A program made the translations under genes and the position numbers. A DNA stretch of 64,000 nucleotides from the NCBI GenBank assembly GCA_965227295.1, contig OZ245742.1, positions 4,128,001 through 4,192,000 of the forward strand, read 5' to 3'. Position 1 is the first letter of the stretch. Each line of letters starts with the position of its first letter. This DNA is from Leptonemataceae bacterium (GTDB lineage: Bacteria > Spirochaetota > Leptospiria > Leptospirales > Leptonemataceae). Shown piece by piece: positions 49,476 to 58,984 of this stretch. The notes under the pieces were generated by a model. The model was not told where the DNA came from, searched no databases, and worked only from the letters and a program-made list of their open reading frames with translations.

Positions 49476-49667
49476 GTCGAGGGCGGCGGGCAGACCGGCA
49501 GGCAGTAAGATGGGACGGCCGGAACCGCTGAGCTGCGACGGAGAGAGGGCTTCGATCTGAAAGGCGCGTCCGGTACTCAGAGCCGCAGCGAAGCGCAGGC
49601 GGATGACGATGACAACCGGTTTTTCGCGATTGCGTTTTCAGTCCGGGCTGCGAAACGTACCGTCTAC

Positions 49668-51512
49668 ATGACACATCGCTCCCGCCACGAACGCGGCCAG
49701 GCCCGATTGCGTCTCCGGCTCGAACGACTGAACCGGCGACTGACCCTGCTCTCCACGCTCCGCTTGCTTGCCTTTGCAGCCACCTTCGTGATTCCAGGCG
49801 TGCTCTTGTATGCCGGCAACATCCTGGCGCCGACCTGGTCCGTGCTCACCGGCCTGCCCGGCCTGGTTGGTTTTGCAATCTCGCTCTACTTCTACGGCCG
49901 CGTGCGGCGTGAACGCGAACTCGCGCTTGGACAAATTGACCTGTACGCCGGCGATGCCACGCGCTGCGAGAACGACTGGTGGGAACAACTGCCTCCAGCT
50001 CCGCCGCCCGAGGATCTCGACCGGGAACACGCCTACGCGGACGACCTGAATCTCTTCGGTCGCTTCTCCATCTTCCAGTTTCTGGATCGCACCACGACCC
50101 CCGGCGGTCGCCGACGTCTGTCCAATCTCCTCACCGGCCAGCCGGACGCGAGCGCTCTGGATCCCGCGGCCTGGCAGGAACGCGGGGCGGCCGTGCGCGA
50201 ACTCTGTGATCGGCGGCTGTTTCGGTTTCGCTTTCGTCGCCGCGGTCGTTCCATCGCCGCGATGCCGGGCTTCCACAAACTCTTTGACCTGGCCTGGATC
50301 GAACACATCCGCAATCTGCCCGACGCTCCGGCAGGCCTGGTCTCGCTCTGGGCCGCGCGCATCTTACCGCCGTTGACCCTGGCCGCGTACATCGGCCACG
50401 AGATGCACTGGAGCCCGGCCTATCATTATCTCACACTCCCTGTCCAAATTTTACTGTTCATCTGGATGCACTATCGCCATCGCAAAACGGCGCAGGCCCA
50501 CGGGCCGGTGGCGGACCAACTGGCCGGCTTCGATCGTTTGTTCGCGTCCACGGCCGGCTTTCGTATGATTGCGCCGTACCTCCGGGCCCTGAGCGTTTTC
50601 GAAGAACGGCCGGCGCGGGAAATCCGTCGCCTGGCGAGTCTCGCGGGTTACTTCGACTTTCGCCGCAATCCCCTGCTGCACGGACTCGCCGGCATCTTTT
50701 TGTTGTACGAGGGCCATGTGGTCCACGCCCTGGCGCAGTGGCAAAAACGTTGCCGCCACGACTTCGCCGGCTGGTTCGAGGACCTGGCGGACCTCGACGC
50801 CCTGGCCGCCTTGAGCGCGCTCCGGGATACCGACGCCTCGCTCTGCTTTCCGGAAAACCTGGCGAACGACGGCGACGCCGATCTGCTCATCGAAGCGAAA
50901 GACCTGGCGCATCCGCTGCTGCCGGGCAATGAACGCGTGGCGAACGACTTCGCGTTACGGCGGGATCGTAAGATCTGGCTGATTACGGGGTCGAACATGT
51001 CCGGCAAGTCGACGTTTCTCCGCACCGTGGGCACGGCGCTCGTGCTGGCCCTGGCCGGCGCTCCCGTGTGCGCGCGGGAGTTTCGCTTTCGGCCGCTGCG
51101 GCTCATGACCTCCATGAACCAGCGCGACGATCTCGCCCGCTCGCTCTCGTTGTTTTATGCCGAAGTGAAACGCATCAAGAAAGTTCAGGATGCTTCGCTG
51201 CTTACGGGCCCGCCGTCGTTCCTGCTGGTCGACGAGATGCTGCGGGGTACGAACGCCCGGGAACGCTTTCTTGCATCGCGGGGTATCCTGGAACACTTGC
51301 GCAAGAGTCCCGCGGCGGCCATGATCGCCACCCACGACCTGGACCTGGTGGAACAGATCGAAGGCGAAACCGGGAACAGTGACACGGCCAGCTATCACTT
51401 CGAAGAAATCGTCACCGACAGCGGGATGAGTTTCGACTATACCCTGAAAGACGGACCGGTTCGCAGTTCCAACGCGTTGAAGATCCTGGAAATGGAAGGC
51501 ATCCAACTGTGA
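49668..51512 (+). CDS. membrane-anchored MutS domain V family ATPase
   Basis: TM pairs, HAYADDLNLFG, HPLL, TGSNMSGKSTFLR, SLFYAE, DEMLRGTN, ATHD. Confidence 0.88.
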   Translation: MTHRSRHERGQARLRLRLERLNRRLTLLSTLRLLAFAATFVIPGVLLYAGNILAPTWSVLTGLPGLVGFAISLYFYGRVRRERELALGQIDLYAGDATRCENDWWEQLPPAPPPEDLDREHAYADDLNLFGRFSIFQFLDRTTTPGGRRRLSNLLTGQPDASALDPAAWQERGAAVRELCDRRLFRFRFRRRGRSIAAMPGFHKLFDLAWIEHIRNLPDAPAGLVSLWAARILPPLTLAAYIGHEMHWSPAYHYLTLPVQILLFIWMHYRHRKTAQAHGPVADQLAGFDRLFASTAGFRMIAPYLRALSVFEERPAREIRRLASLAGYFDFRRNPLLHGLAGIFLLYEGHVVHALAQWQKRCRHDFAGWFEDLADLDALAALSALRDTDASLCFPENLANDGDADLLIEAKDLAHPLLPGNERVANDFALRRDRKIWLITGSNMSGKSTFLRTVGTALVLALAGAPVCAREFRFRPLRLMTSMNQRDDLARSLSLFYAEVKRIKKVQDASLLTGPPSFLLVDEMLRGTNARERFLASRGILEHLRKSPAAAMIATHDLDLVEQIEGETGNSDTASYHFEEIVTDSGMSFDYTLKDGPVRSSNALKILEMEGIQL

Positions 51513-53134
51513 GCACGTCGCACCTGGCCGCCATTGATCTCGGCACGAACTCGTTTCACCTGGTCGTCGTGCGTACGGACGAGCGCGGTAAATTCGAAAT
51601 CGTGAGCGACGAGAAAGAATCGGTGCGGCTCGGCAGCGGCGGCGGGGACCTGGGCAACATCGCCGAAGACGCCTTTGAGCGCGGCCTCGCGACGCTCACG
51701 CGTTTCGCGCGCATTGCCCGGAGTCACGACGCGGAGATTCGGGCCGTGGCCACCTCGGCGCTACGGGAAGCGCGCAACCGCGACGACTTCATTCGGCGCG
51801 CCCGGGAAGAAATCGGCCTGGAGATCGAAGTCATTCAAGGGACGGAAGAAGCGCGACTCATTTACCTCGGCGTGCTGCAGGCCATTCCGGTTTATAACAA
51901 ACGCGTTCTCGTCCTGGACATCGGCGGTGGTTCCACCGAGTTTCTCATCGGCACCGCCGGCCATCCGGAGTACGCCGTATCGCGTAAGCTCGGCGCCATT
52001 CGACTCAAAGACCGCTTCTTCGCGAAAGAGCCCTTGAAGGCGAACCTGATCGAAGAGTGCCGTCATTTCGTTCGCGTGCAGCTCTCCGGCGTGTTCGAGG
52101 ATCTGCGCAACTCCGGCTTCGAAGCGGCGGTGGGTTGTTCGGGCACCATCGAGACTCTTGCGAAGATGGCGATCCTGACCGAAAGTTCCGATGACGATGA
52201 GGACCATGAATTCAAAGATCTACACCTGAGCCGCAGCGGTCTGGACCGCGCGGTGGAACGCATCCTGAGCGTGCCCACGCATCGTAAACGGGCGAAGCTG
52301 CCCGGCCTCGACGACAAACGCGCGGACATCATCATCGGCGGGGCGCTGCTTTTACAGGAAATATTCGCCGGCCTCGACATCGAGGACATGGCCATCTCTC
52401 CATATGCCCTGCGCGAGGGCGTAATCTTTGATTCCGTGGTTCGGCGCACGGAACGGGCCGGTTCCATTCCTGACATCCGCCGTGAATCCGTGAAAGACCT
52501 GGCGCAGGCCATGCTGGGGCATGATCCGACGATGCTGCGTTCGGCCTGGCACATTGCGTTTTTGTCGGTCCGCCTCTTCGATGAACTGCGCCTGAAGGAT
52601 CTCCTCAAAAAAGAAGACTTCGCCGACCCGCGTCACCCTCCTGCTCCGGACGAACCGGTCTTCTCGTTGAACGACAGCTTTCTGCTGGAGTCGGCGGCGG
52701 TGTTGCACAACATCGGCATGTTCATCGCGCACTCCGCGCACCACAAGCACAGCTACTACGTCATTCGCAACAGCGATACCCTCCTCGGCTTTACGCGCCT
52801 GGAAATCGAGATCATTGCTCTCACGGCCCGCTACCATCGCAAGGCCGCGCCCACCATGAAGCACTCCGAGTTCGCCGCTCTGCCGGTCCTCTGGCAACGC
52901 CGGTTAACTTTATTCTCTGCGATATTAAGAATCTGCGTCGGCCTGGAACGCGGGGCGGATCAGTCCGTTCAAAATCTGTCGGTCGAGGAGAACGAGGCCG
53001 GTGTGGCGATCGTTCTGGAACCCGTGGGCGAACTCACCGGCCCCCGGGATGTGGCGCTGGAGATCTGGGCGGCCGAAGCACGGAAGCAGGAACTGGAAGA
53101 CGTCCTGGGGAAAAAGGTGACGGTGCGAATTTGA
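51509..53134 (+). CDS. ppx: exopolyphosphatase / pppGpp phosphohydrolase
   Basis: IDLGTNSFH, ATSALREA.N, EEARL, DIGGGSTE, ALREG, LHNIG, ARYHRK. GTGA overlap start. Confidence 0.93.
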   Translation: MSTSHLAAIDLGTNSFHLVVVRTDERGKFEIVSDEKESVRLGSGGGDLGNIAEDAFERGLATLTRFARIARSHDAEIRAVATSALREARNRDDFIRRAREEIGLEIEVIQGTEEARLIYLGVLQAIPVYNKRVLVLDIGGGSTEFLIGTAGHPEYAVSRKLGAIRLKDRFFAKEPLKANLIEECRHFVRVQLSGVFEDLRNSGFEAAVGCSGTIETLAKMAILTESSDDDEDHEFKDLHLSRSGLDRAVERILSVPTHRKRAKLPGLDDKRADIIIGGALLLQEIFAGLDIEDMAISPYALREGVIFDSVVRRTERAGSIPDIRRESVKDLAQAMLGHDPTMLRSAWHIAFLSVRLFDELRLKDLLKKEDFADPRHPPAPDEPVFSLNDSFLLESAAVLHNIGMFIAHSAHHKHSYYVIRNSDTLLGFTRLEIEIIALTARYHRKAAPTMKHSEFAALPVLWQRRLTLFSAILRICVGLERGADQSVQNLSVEENEAGVAIVLEPVGELTGPRDVALEIWAAEARKQELEDVLGKKVTVRI

Positions 53135-53174
53135 AAGCAGGCGCGACGCGCCGGGCTTCGGGACGCCGGGAAGC

Positions 53175-53555
53175 TCAGATCTTCTCTAAAATCACCACGG
53201 CCAACGACATGTTGCGACTGTGCGAAAGCGAAATGTGAAAACGATTCGCGCCTTTTTCGTCGGCGATCTCTTTCGCGCGGCCGTGCAGTACAAGCTGCTT
53301 TTTGCCGAAGATTTTGCCCGAGACCTCGACGTCCTTCCAGTTCAGCCCCGAACCGCCGGGTAACGACAGGGCTTTGACCAGGGCCTCTTTTACGGCGAAA
53401 CGCGCGGAGAGATACGGCACCGGGTCCTCGTGAGACAACGAGTACTGGATCTCCTCGTCGGAAAAGATGCGATGCAGAAACCGTTCGCCGTGTTTCTCGA
53501 AGACCGCACGGATGCGATCGTTCTCGACGATGTCCGTACCCATGCCCAGAATCAC
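53175..53555 (-). CDS. acpS: holo-[acyl-carrier-protein] synthase
   Basis: GMGTDIV, RFAVKEA..KA, SLSH. Confidence 0.95.
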   Translation of the reverse strand: MILGMGTDIVENDRIRAVFEKHGERFLHRIFSDEEIQYSLSHEDPVPYLSARFAVKEALVKALSLPGGSGLNWKDVEVSGKIFGKKQLVLHGRAKEIADEKGANRFHISLSHSRNMSLAVVILEKI

Positions 53556-54568
53556 GGCAGGAGATGCTCCTCCAGGCCCTGGCGTTCTTCCGGCGAAATG
53601 CGCGGCTCCACTTTTTCGAACTGTAGATCGACGCGCGCCGGAACGACGTTGCGGACTGGAACGTTGCTGCGATTGAGACGGTCGATGATCCGCACGGGGA
53701 GATCCTTGATCAAAAAACCCGGCTTCACGGATCGATCACGTTCATCAAAAAACACCGGACAGAATACTCTCGCCTGGAACTGATCCCGGCGCAGCGAATC
53801 CGGCGAACCGGTGACGTAGACATCCACGGTCTCCTCGCCGACGACCTTCATGCGCAGGCCGGGAATCTCGTTGCTGCACCGCACCGGCAGTTGTTCGAAT
53901 TTCACCAGGTCCGGGCGATCAATCCAGTTTTCCGAAAGCACCTGGACCTTCACGTCCACGTCCGAGCCCTGGCCCAGGGCCGGGGCGACGAAGGGCGGCA
54001 GGTTCGCCAGCAACAGGCGTGACTTATCGAACTGCGTCTCCACCGAACTTTCGAAAGCAACCTCGGTCGTGGAGATGCGATCCATGGTTGCCAGGGTCGT
54101 CAAAGGACCGCGCAGGCGTACGGTCTGCGGGCGCACGGAAACATAACCGATCTGCAGATTGTTCGCCAGGTTCGGGGCGAGGTCGGCGACGACGGGAAGT
54201 TCCCGGGTCATGCTTTCGTCCAGGTAGACCGTCACGCGTTTTGTGTACGAGGCGCTGATGTTCTCCGGCGGCTCCGGAATGAGATAGGCCTGGTAGACGT
54301 TGGGGCCGGGCTCCGGTTTGGAGTTGCGCAGCAACACCCGGAACGTCGAGGTCTCGAAGTCCATGAGATCTCTGGAACCGCGGAAGCTCACTTCAATGAA
54401 CGACGGCACGCGCTGCGACAACAAGAGGTTATCCGGGAGCGGCGTCATCTCCACGCGGACGTTGACCCGGCGGGTCACGTTGTAGGAGTACTGAACGTAG
54501 CCGAACAAAAAGAGCGCAATGCCCACGCTCGCACTTTTCATTACAAAATTTCTACGAATCCAGCTCAT
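53552..54568 (-). CDS. CdaR/YbbR-like protein
   Basis: N-terminal N...K..S..IA..L TM, PQTVRLRGP repeat; follows cdaA. Confidence 0.75.
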   Translation of the reverse strand: MSWIRRNFVMKSASVGIALFLFGYVQYSYNVTRRVNVRVEMTPLPDNLLLSQRVPSFIEVSFRGSRDLMDFETSTFRVLLRNSKPEPGPNVYQAYLIPEPPENISASYTKRVTVYLDESMTRELPVVADLAPNLANNLQIGYVSVRPQTVRLRGPLTTLATMDRISTTEVAFESSVETQFDKSRLLLANLPPFVAPALGQGSDVDVKVQVLSENWIDRPDLVKFEQLPVRCSNEIPGLRMKVVGEETVDVYVTGSPDSLRRDQFQARVFCPVFFDERDRSVKPGFLIKDLPVRIIDRLNRSNVPVRNVVPARVDLQFEKVEPRISPEERQGLEEHLLP

Positions 54569-54593
54569 GCTACTAACAATACTTCAGCAATAC

Positions 54594-55430
54594 TTATGCT
54601 TTTTTCTTCGGCGGCGGCGTGCCTTCCAACCAGCGGACGTTCTCGACTCCCTGCGCCAGGGACGGATTCGTGTCCGTCAGCAGATACTCGACGAGGGGCA
54701 TCAGTTCCGGCGGGCGGACCGGTGTTTTCAGTTCGCCGTTGTACATGATGCTGATGCGACCGGTTTCCTCGGACGTCACCAGCACCACGCCGTCGCTTTC
54801 CTCGGAAATGCCCATGCCCGCCCGGTGCCGCGCACCGTGGGTCCGCTTCAACGCCCGGGAGTTCGACAGCGGCAGATAACACGAGGCCGCAATCACGCGG
54901 TTGCCCTCGATGAACACGGCACCGTCGTGCAGCGGCGTGTCCTTGTGAAAGATCGTCTGCAACAACTCGGCCGAGACCAGGGCGTCCACCCGCACGGCAC
55001 TGTCGATGATCGGTTCGGGTTTGATGTTCTTTACGATGATGATGATGGACCCCACCCGCGCGGAGGCCATGCTCTTTACGGCCTCGGCGATCGGCACCAG
55101 AGGTACATCGGGAACGCGATTCAAGAAACGGAAGACCGGCATTTGACCGATCTCGGCAATGAGGCGGCGCAGTTCCGGCTGGAGCAGAACGATCAGACCG
55201 AAGACTAAGTACGAAAAGACGTTCGTAATGATCCACGACAACGTGGCCAGGCTCAGAATGTCGGCGATCCAGTAGACGATGACGATCAGCGCGACGCCGG
55301 TGAGTAACTGAAAGGCCCGAGTGCGGTTCAGGAGCAGCAGGACGCGGTACGCCACGAAGGCGACAATCGCAATGTCCACGACGACCCGGGCAAACTCCAG
55401 GAAATCGAAACTTTCGAGCAGATCCCACAC
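54594..55430 (-). CDS. cdaA: diadenylate cyclase
   Basis: Three TM, LQPELRR, TPLHDGA, GARHRA, SEETG. Confidence 0.93.
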   Translation of the reverse strand: MWDLLESFDFLEFARVVVDIAIVAFVAYRVLLLLNRTRAFQLLTGVALIVIVYWIADILSLATLSWIITNVFSYLVFGLIVLLQPELRRLIAEIGQMPVFRFLNRVPDVPLVPIAEAVKSMASARVGSIIIIVKNIKPEPIIDSAVRVDALVSAELLQTIFHKDTPLHDGAVFIEGNRVIAASCYLPLSNSRALKRTHGARHRAGMGISEESDGVVLVTSEETGRISIMYNGELKTPVRPPELMPLVEYLLTDTNPSLAQGVENVRWLEGTPPPKKKA

Positions 55431-55441
55431 GATGATTGTAC

Positions 55442-56290
55442 TTACGGCCCGCCGCCGGAGTCGCCGATGCCCAGGACGTCCTTCATGGAGTACTCACCCG
55501 GGGCCTTACCGGCCAGGAAGGCGGCGGAACGCAGCGCCCCCGCGGCAAAAATTTTCCGCGACGTCGCGCGATGCACGAGTTCAATGCGTTCCCCGTCGCC
55601 GAAGTAATAGACGGTATGCTCGCCGACGACGTCCCCCCCGCGCAGGGCGTGCACGCCGATTTCTTGCGCCGGCCGCGGTTCACCGATGCCCTCGCGGCCG
55701 TAGACCACGTCTGCTTCGCTGCGCCCCAGGTTTTCGAGCAGAACTTCTTTCAGGCGCTGCGCCGTACCCGAGGGTGAATCTTTCTTATGATGATGATGGA
55801 TTTCGGTAACTTCGGTTTCGAAACCAGGCACGGCCTTCGCGGCGACCTCGGTTAAGTGAAAGAGCAGATTCACACCCACGGACATGTTCGGCGAAACCAG
55901 GAGCGCCAGGCGATCGGCGAATCCGGAGAGTTGTTCGCGTTGTTCCGGTGTAAAGCCGGTGGTACCGACGATCAGAGCAATGCTCCGCTCCGCGCAGAGC
56001 TCGGCCACGCGCAGCGTCGTCTCCGGCGCGGAGAAATCGATGACGGCCCGGGCATTCTCTATAGCCGCGGCCGGGTCCGCGCTCACGGTGACACCGAGTT
56101 CGGCCACACCGGCCATGGTTCCCGCGTCCTTGCCGATCCACTCCGAACCGTTGCGTTCCAGGGCCCCGGCCAGGCGCAGCCACGGCTGTTGTTCGAGGCT
56201 CTGCTCGGTGGACAGGGCGATGATCGATCGACCCATGCGACCGCCGGCGCCGACCATGGCAAAGGGAACGGCAGTGTCCGTGCCGGACAT
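55442..56290 (-). CDS. dapB: 4-hydroxy-tetrahydrodipicolinate reductase
   Basis: GAGGRMG, IDFS, GTTG, PNMSVG, EIHHHHKKDSPSGTA. Confidence 0.97.
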   Translation of the reverse strand: MSGTDTAVPFAMVGAGGRMGRSIIALSTEQSLEQQPWLRLAGALERNGSEWIGKDAGTMAGVAELGVTVSADPAAAIENARAVIDFSAPETTLRVAELCAERSIALIVGTTGFTPEQREQLSGFADRLALLVSPNMSVGVNLLFHLTEVAAKAVPGFETEVTEIHHHHKKDSPSGTAQRLKEVLLENLGRSEADVVYGREGIGEPRPAQEIGVHALRGGDVVGEHTVYYFGDGERIELVHRATSRKIFAAGALRSAAFLAGKAPGEYSMKDVLGIGDSGGGP

Positions 56291-57174
56291 CAGGCGTCCT
56301 CCCCGGTCGCTGTCAGGACGTCGGCGAGCTTCGCACGCACATCGTCCTCAAGCTCGACAAGGGGCAGGCGCACCGCCGAAGAACAGTAGCCGCGAATCGC
56401 GGCGGCGGCTTTCACAGGCACGGGATTGGTGTCCCAGAACAGGGCATTCATGAAGTCCAGCAGGCCGTAAAAGATCTCATTGCCTTTGCTGAATTCTTCT
56501 TTCAAAAAGTGATTCACCATGCGCACCAGACGGCGCGGGTACAGGTTCGATGCCACCGAGATGACGCCGCGCCCGCCGAGGCCCATGAGCGCGGGGGTGA
56601 TGTTGTCGTCGCCGGAGAGCATGGCCAGGCGACCGCCGCACATTTTCTGCACGCGTGCCATCTGCCCGGGATTACCGCTGGCCTCTTTCACCGCGGCAAT
56701 GTTCGGGCTCTGCATGAGCCGCGCCAGGGTTTCCGTTTCCAGGTTCACCGCCGTGCGGCCCTTGATGTTGTACACGACGACGGGGACCGTGCTCACTGCG
56801 GCGATGGTGTGAAAGTGACGGTAGAGACCTTCCTGGGACGGCTTGTTGTAGTACGGGTTCACGAGCATGACACCGTCTACGCCGTCCGCGCACGCCGCCT
56901 TCGTAAGTTCGATGGCCTCGTTGGTACTGTTGGAACCGGTGCCGGCCACGACCTTCGTGCGCCCTTCCACGAACTCCACCGTCTTGCGGATGAGGTCGCG
57001 GTGTTCGTCGTGACTGAGCGTCGGTGACTCGCCGGTCGTGCCGCAGGGAACGATGCCCGCGATGCCGGCTTCCACCTGGCGTTCCACCAACTCACGATAC
57101 GCGCCGTAGTCGATGCTGCGCCCCTCGTTTTGAAACGGAGTCAGGATGGCCGTGTATACGCCTTCGAAATTCAT
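56290..57174 (-). CDS. dapA: 4-hydroxy-tetrahydrodipicolinate synthase
   Basis: CGTTGES, GTGSNST, PYYNKP, VYNI..RT, AVKEASG, LSGDD, TNPVPVK. ATG 57174. Confidence 0.97.
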   Translation of the reverse strand: MNFEGVYTAILTPFQNEGRSIDYGAYRELVERQVEAGIAGIVPCGTTGESPTLSHDEHRDLIRKTVEFVEGRTKVVAGTGSNSTNEAIELTKAACADGVDGVMLVNPYYNKPSQEGLYRHFHTIAAVSTVPVVVYNIKGRTAVNLETETLARLMQSPNIAAVKEASGNPGQMARVQKMCGGRLAMLSGDDNITPALMGLGGRGVISVASNLYPRRLVRMVNHFLKEEFSKGNEIFYGLLDFMNALFWDTNPVPVKAAAAIRGYCSSAVRLPLVELEDDVRAKLADVLTATGEDA

Positions 57175-57256
57175 ACGGAGATCTGCTGCAAAAGCATTGA
57201 TTTTGTCCACAATTTGAGCGCTATGGCATTTCTCACACAAAAATCCCTCGAACGTA

Positions 57257-58435
57257 ATGCCGTTTTCCTTTCAAATCGTCTTTCCCATCCTTGCATTTCT
57301 GCTCTCCTTCGCCGCGATCGGCGCTCTGCTTTCCGGTGTGCGCCTGCTCCCGGCCGACGTGCCCAACGAGCGCTCCCTGCACGCCACGCCGGTTCCGCGC
57401 GGCGGCGGCATCGTCTTTGCGCTCATCTTTTTACTCGCGCTGGCCTGCGTCTTTGTGCTTGTGCCCGGCAGTCGCACAGCCGGGCTTTACTCGCTGTTCG
57501 CCGGCAGCTTTGCCATGTCTTTGCTCGGCTGGCTGGACGATCTGTACACCCTGCCCGCGGTGCATCGTCTGCTCGTGGAGTCGGTGATTGCCGGCATCGT
57601 ATGCGCCTTCGGCGCTCCGCATCGGGTGGACTTCTTCGGCCTGGTTGAATTCAGCGGCCCGACGGCCCTGGTGTTGCAAACGCTCTGGATTCTAACGTGC
57701 ATTAACTTTTTTAACTTCATGGACGGCCTGGACGGCCTCGCCACCCAGCAGGCCGTGTTCATCGCCGCGGTGTCCGGCATCGTGCTGGCCCTGGATGCCG
57801 GCCGCCTGGAACCAGGCTCAGTGCGCACCGCTTACGAAACGGCGTCTCTCGCGGCCTTCGTCCTGGCCGCGGCGTTGTTGGGTTTTCTCGCGTTCAACTT
57901 TCCCCCGGCCCGCATTTTCATGGGCGATGCCGGATCGCACTTTCTCGGCTTCGCGCTGGGGTTTCTGCTGCTGCCCTTTCCGCCGACGGACCTCGTTCCG
58001 GACGTCCCCTGGGATGCCCTCGGCGGTTTTGAGTCCGTGCGGTTCAGCGTACTCCGAGCGGATACCGGCGCCGGTTCCGTCGGCCTCGCGTCGGATCAGT
58101 TTCTGCTGGCACTGCTCTGGACGCCTTTTCTGCTGGACCCGGCGTTGACGTTACTGCGCCGCCTGCGTCGGCGCAAAAACATTCTGCGCCCGCATCGTGA
58201 GCACGTGTACCAATTGCTCGTACGCTTCGCAGACGGCTGGACGCGCGCCAGGGTCAATGCGTTGTATCTCGCGGTAAACTTCGCCATGCTCGGGCCGGTG
58301 ATTTTGAAAGTACTGGGTTATTCGAATGCGCAGGTGTGGTTGAGTGCCCTACCGCCGGTGCTGGTTCTGGTGATTGCGCATTCCATGATCGGTAATGCGC
58401 TGGGACCGAAGCGCAGCGAGCCGGAAGAAACGTAA
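57257..58435 (+). CDS. MraY/WecA-family (glycosyltransferase family 4) prenyl-phosphate sugar-1-phosphate transferase
   Basis: PNERSLH..P.PRGGG, GWLDD, NFFNFMDGLDGL, NFPPARIFMGDAGS, HREHVYQ. Confidence 0.9.
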   Translation: MPFSFQIVFPILAFLLSFAAIGALLSGVRLLPADVPNERSLHATPVPRGGGIVFALIFLLALACVFVLVPGSRTAGLYSLFAGSFAMSLLGWLDDLYTLPAVHRLLVESVIAGIVCAFGAPHRVDFFGLVEFSGPTALVLQTLWILTCINFFNFMDGLDGLATQQAVFIAAVSGIVLALDAGRLEPGSVRTAYETASLAAFVLAAALLGFLAFNFPPARIFMGDAGSHFLGFALGFLLLPFPPTDLVPDVPWDALGGFESVRFSVLRADTGAGSVGLASDQFLLALLWTPFLLDPALTLLRRLRRRKNILRPHREHVYQLLVRFADGWTRARVNALYLAVNFAMLGPVILKVLGYSNAQVWLSALPPVLVLVIAHSMIGNALGPKRSEPEET

Positions 58436-58490
58436 GGTTCTTAGACTCTTGCGTTAGCGCGGGCCGGTACCGCAGCGAAATGAGGGAAAC

Positions 58491-58970
58491 TTATTCCGTC
58501 GGCGGGTTTTGCAACCACTCCGGAATTTCCAGTTTTTCGGGCAATGCGTTCTGCAACGCCTCCCCGACACCCGCGCTCATATCCCATCCCAGGAAATACG
58601 CGAGAAACCAGAAACACCAGAAGAAGAGCGTAACCAACACCAGGTTCCGCAAGAACACCAGGGCCTCCTCGGCCGTGCGGTTGCGGTGAATCGCAATCAA
58701 CGCGAACGGCCAGAAGAGCACTAACAATAACGGAAACAAAGTTACGACGGCACTCAGAAAACGCGGAAGCTCGGTGCCCCAGTCCTCGATGTAACGCGGC
58801 AGGGCCGCGTCGAAGAGTTCGCGGGAAAAGTAGATCCCGTAAAAGACGAACACCAGCACGGCACTGATCTTCCAGGCGAGCGGGATCGTGCGGCGAAACA
58901 GCAGGAGGACCAGGCCGACCAGCCACAGCAAGAACAGCGGTAGTATGATGTGATCCAGCTCCATGTTCAC
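58491..58970 (-). CDS. hypothetical membrane protein
   Basis: Four hydrophobic segments; operonic with pdxA. Start GTG 58970 or ATG 58964. Confidence 0.7.
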   Translation of the reverse strand: MNMELDHIILPLFLLWLVGLVLLLFRRTIPLAWKISAVLVFVFYGIYFSRELFDAALPRYIEDWGTELPRFLSAVVTLFPLLLVLFWPFALIAIHRNRTAEEALVFLRNLVLVTLFFWCFWFLAYFLGWDMSAGVGEALQNALPEKLEIPEWLQNPPTE

Positions 58971-58984
58971 TCAATGCATCGCGA

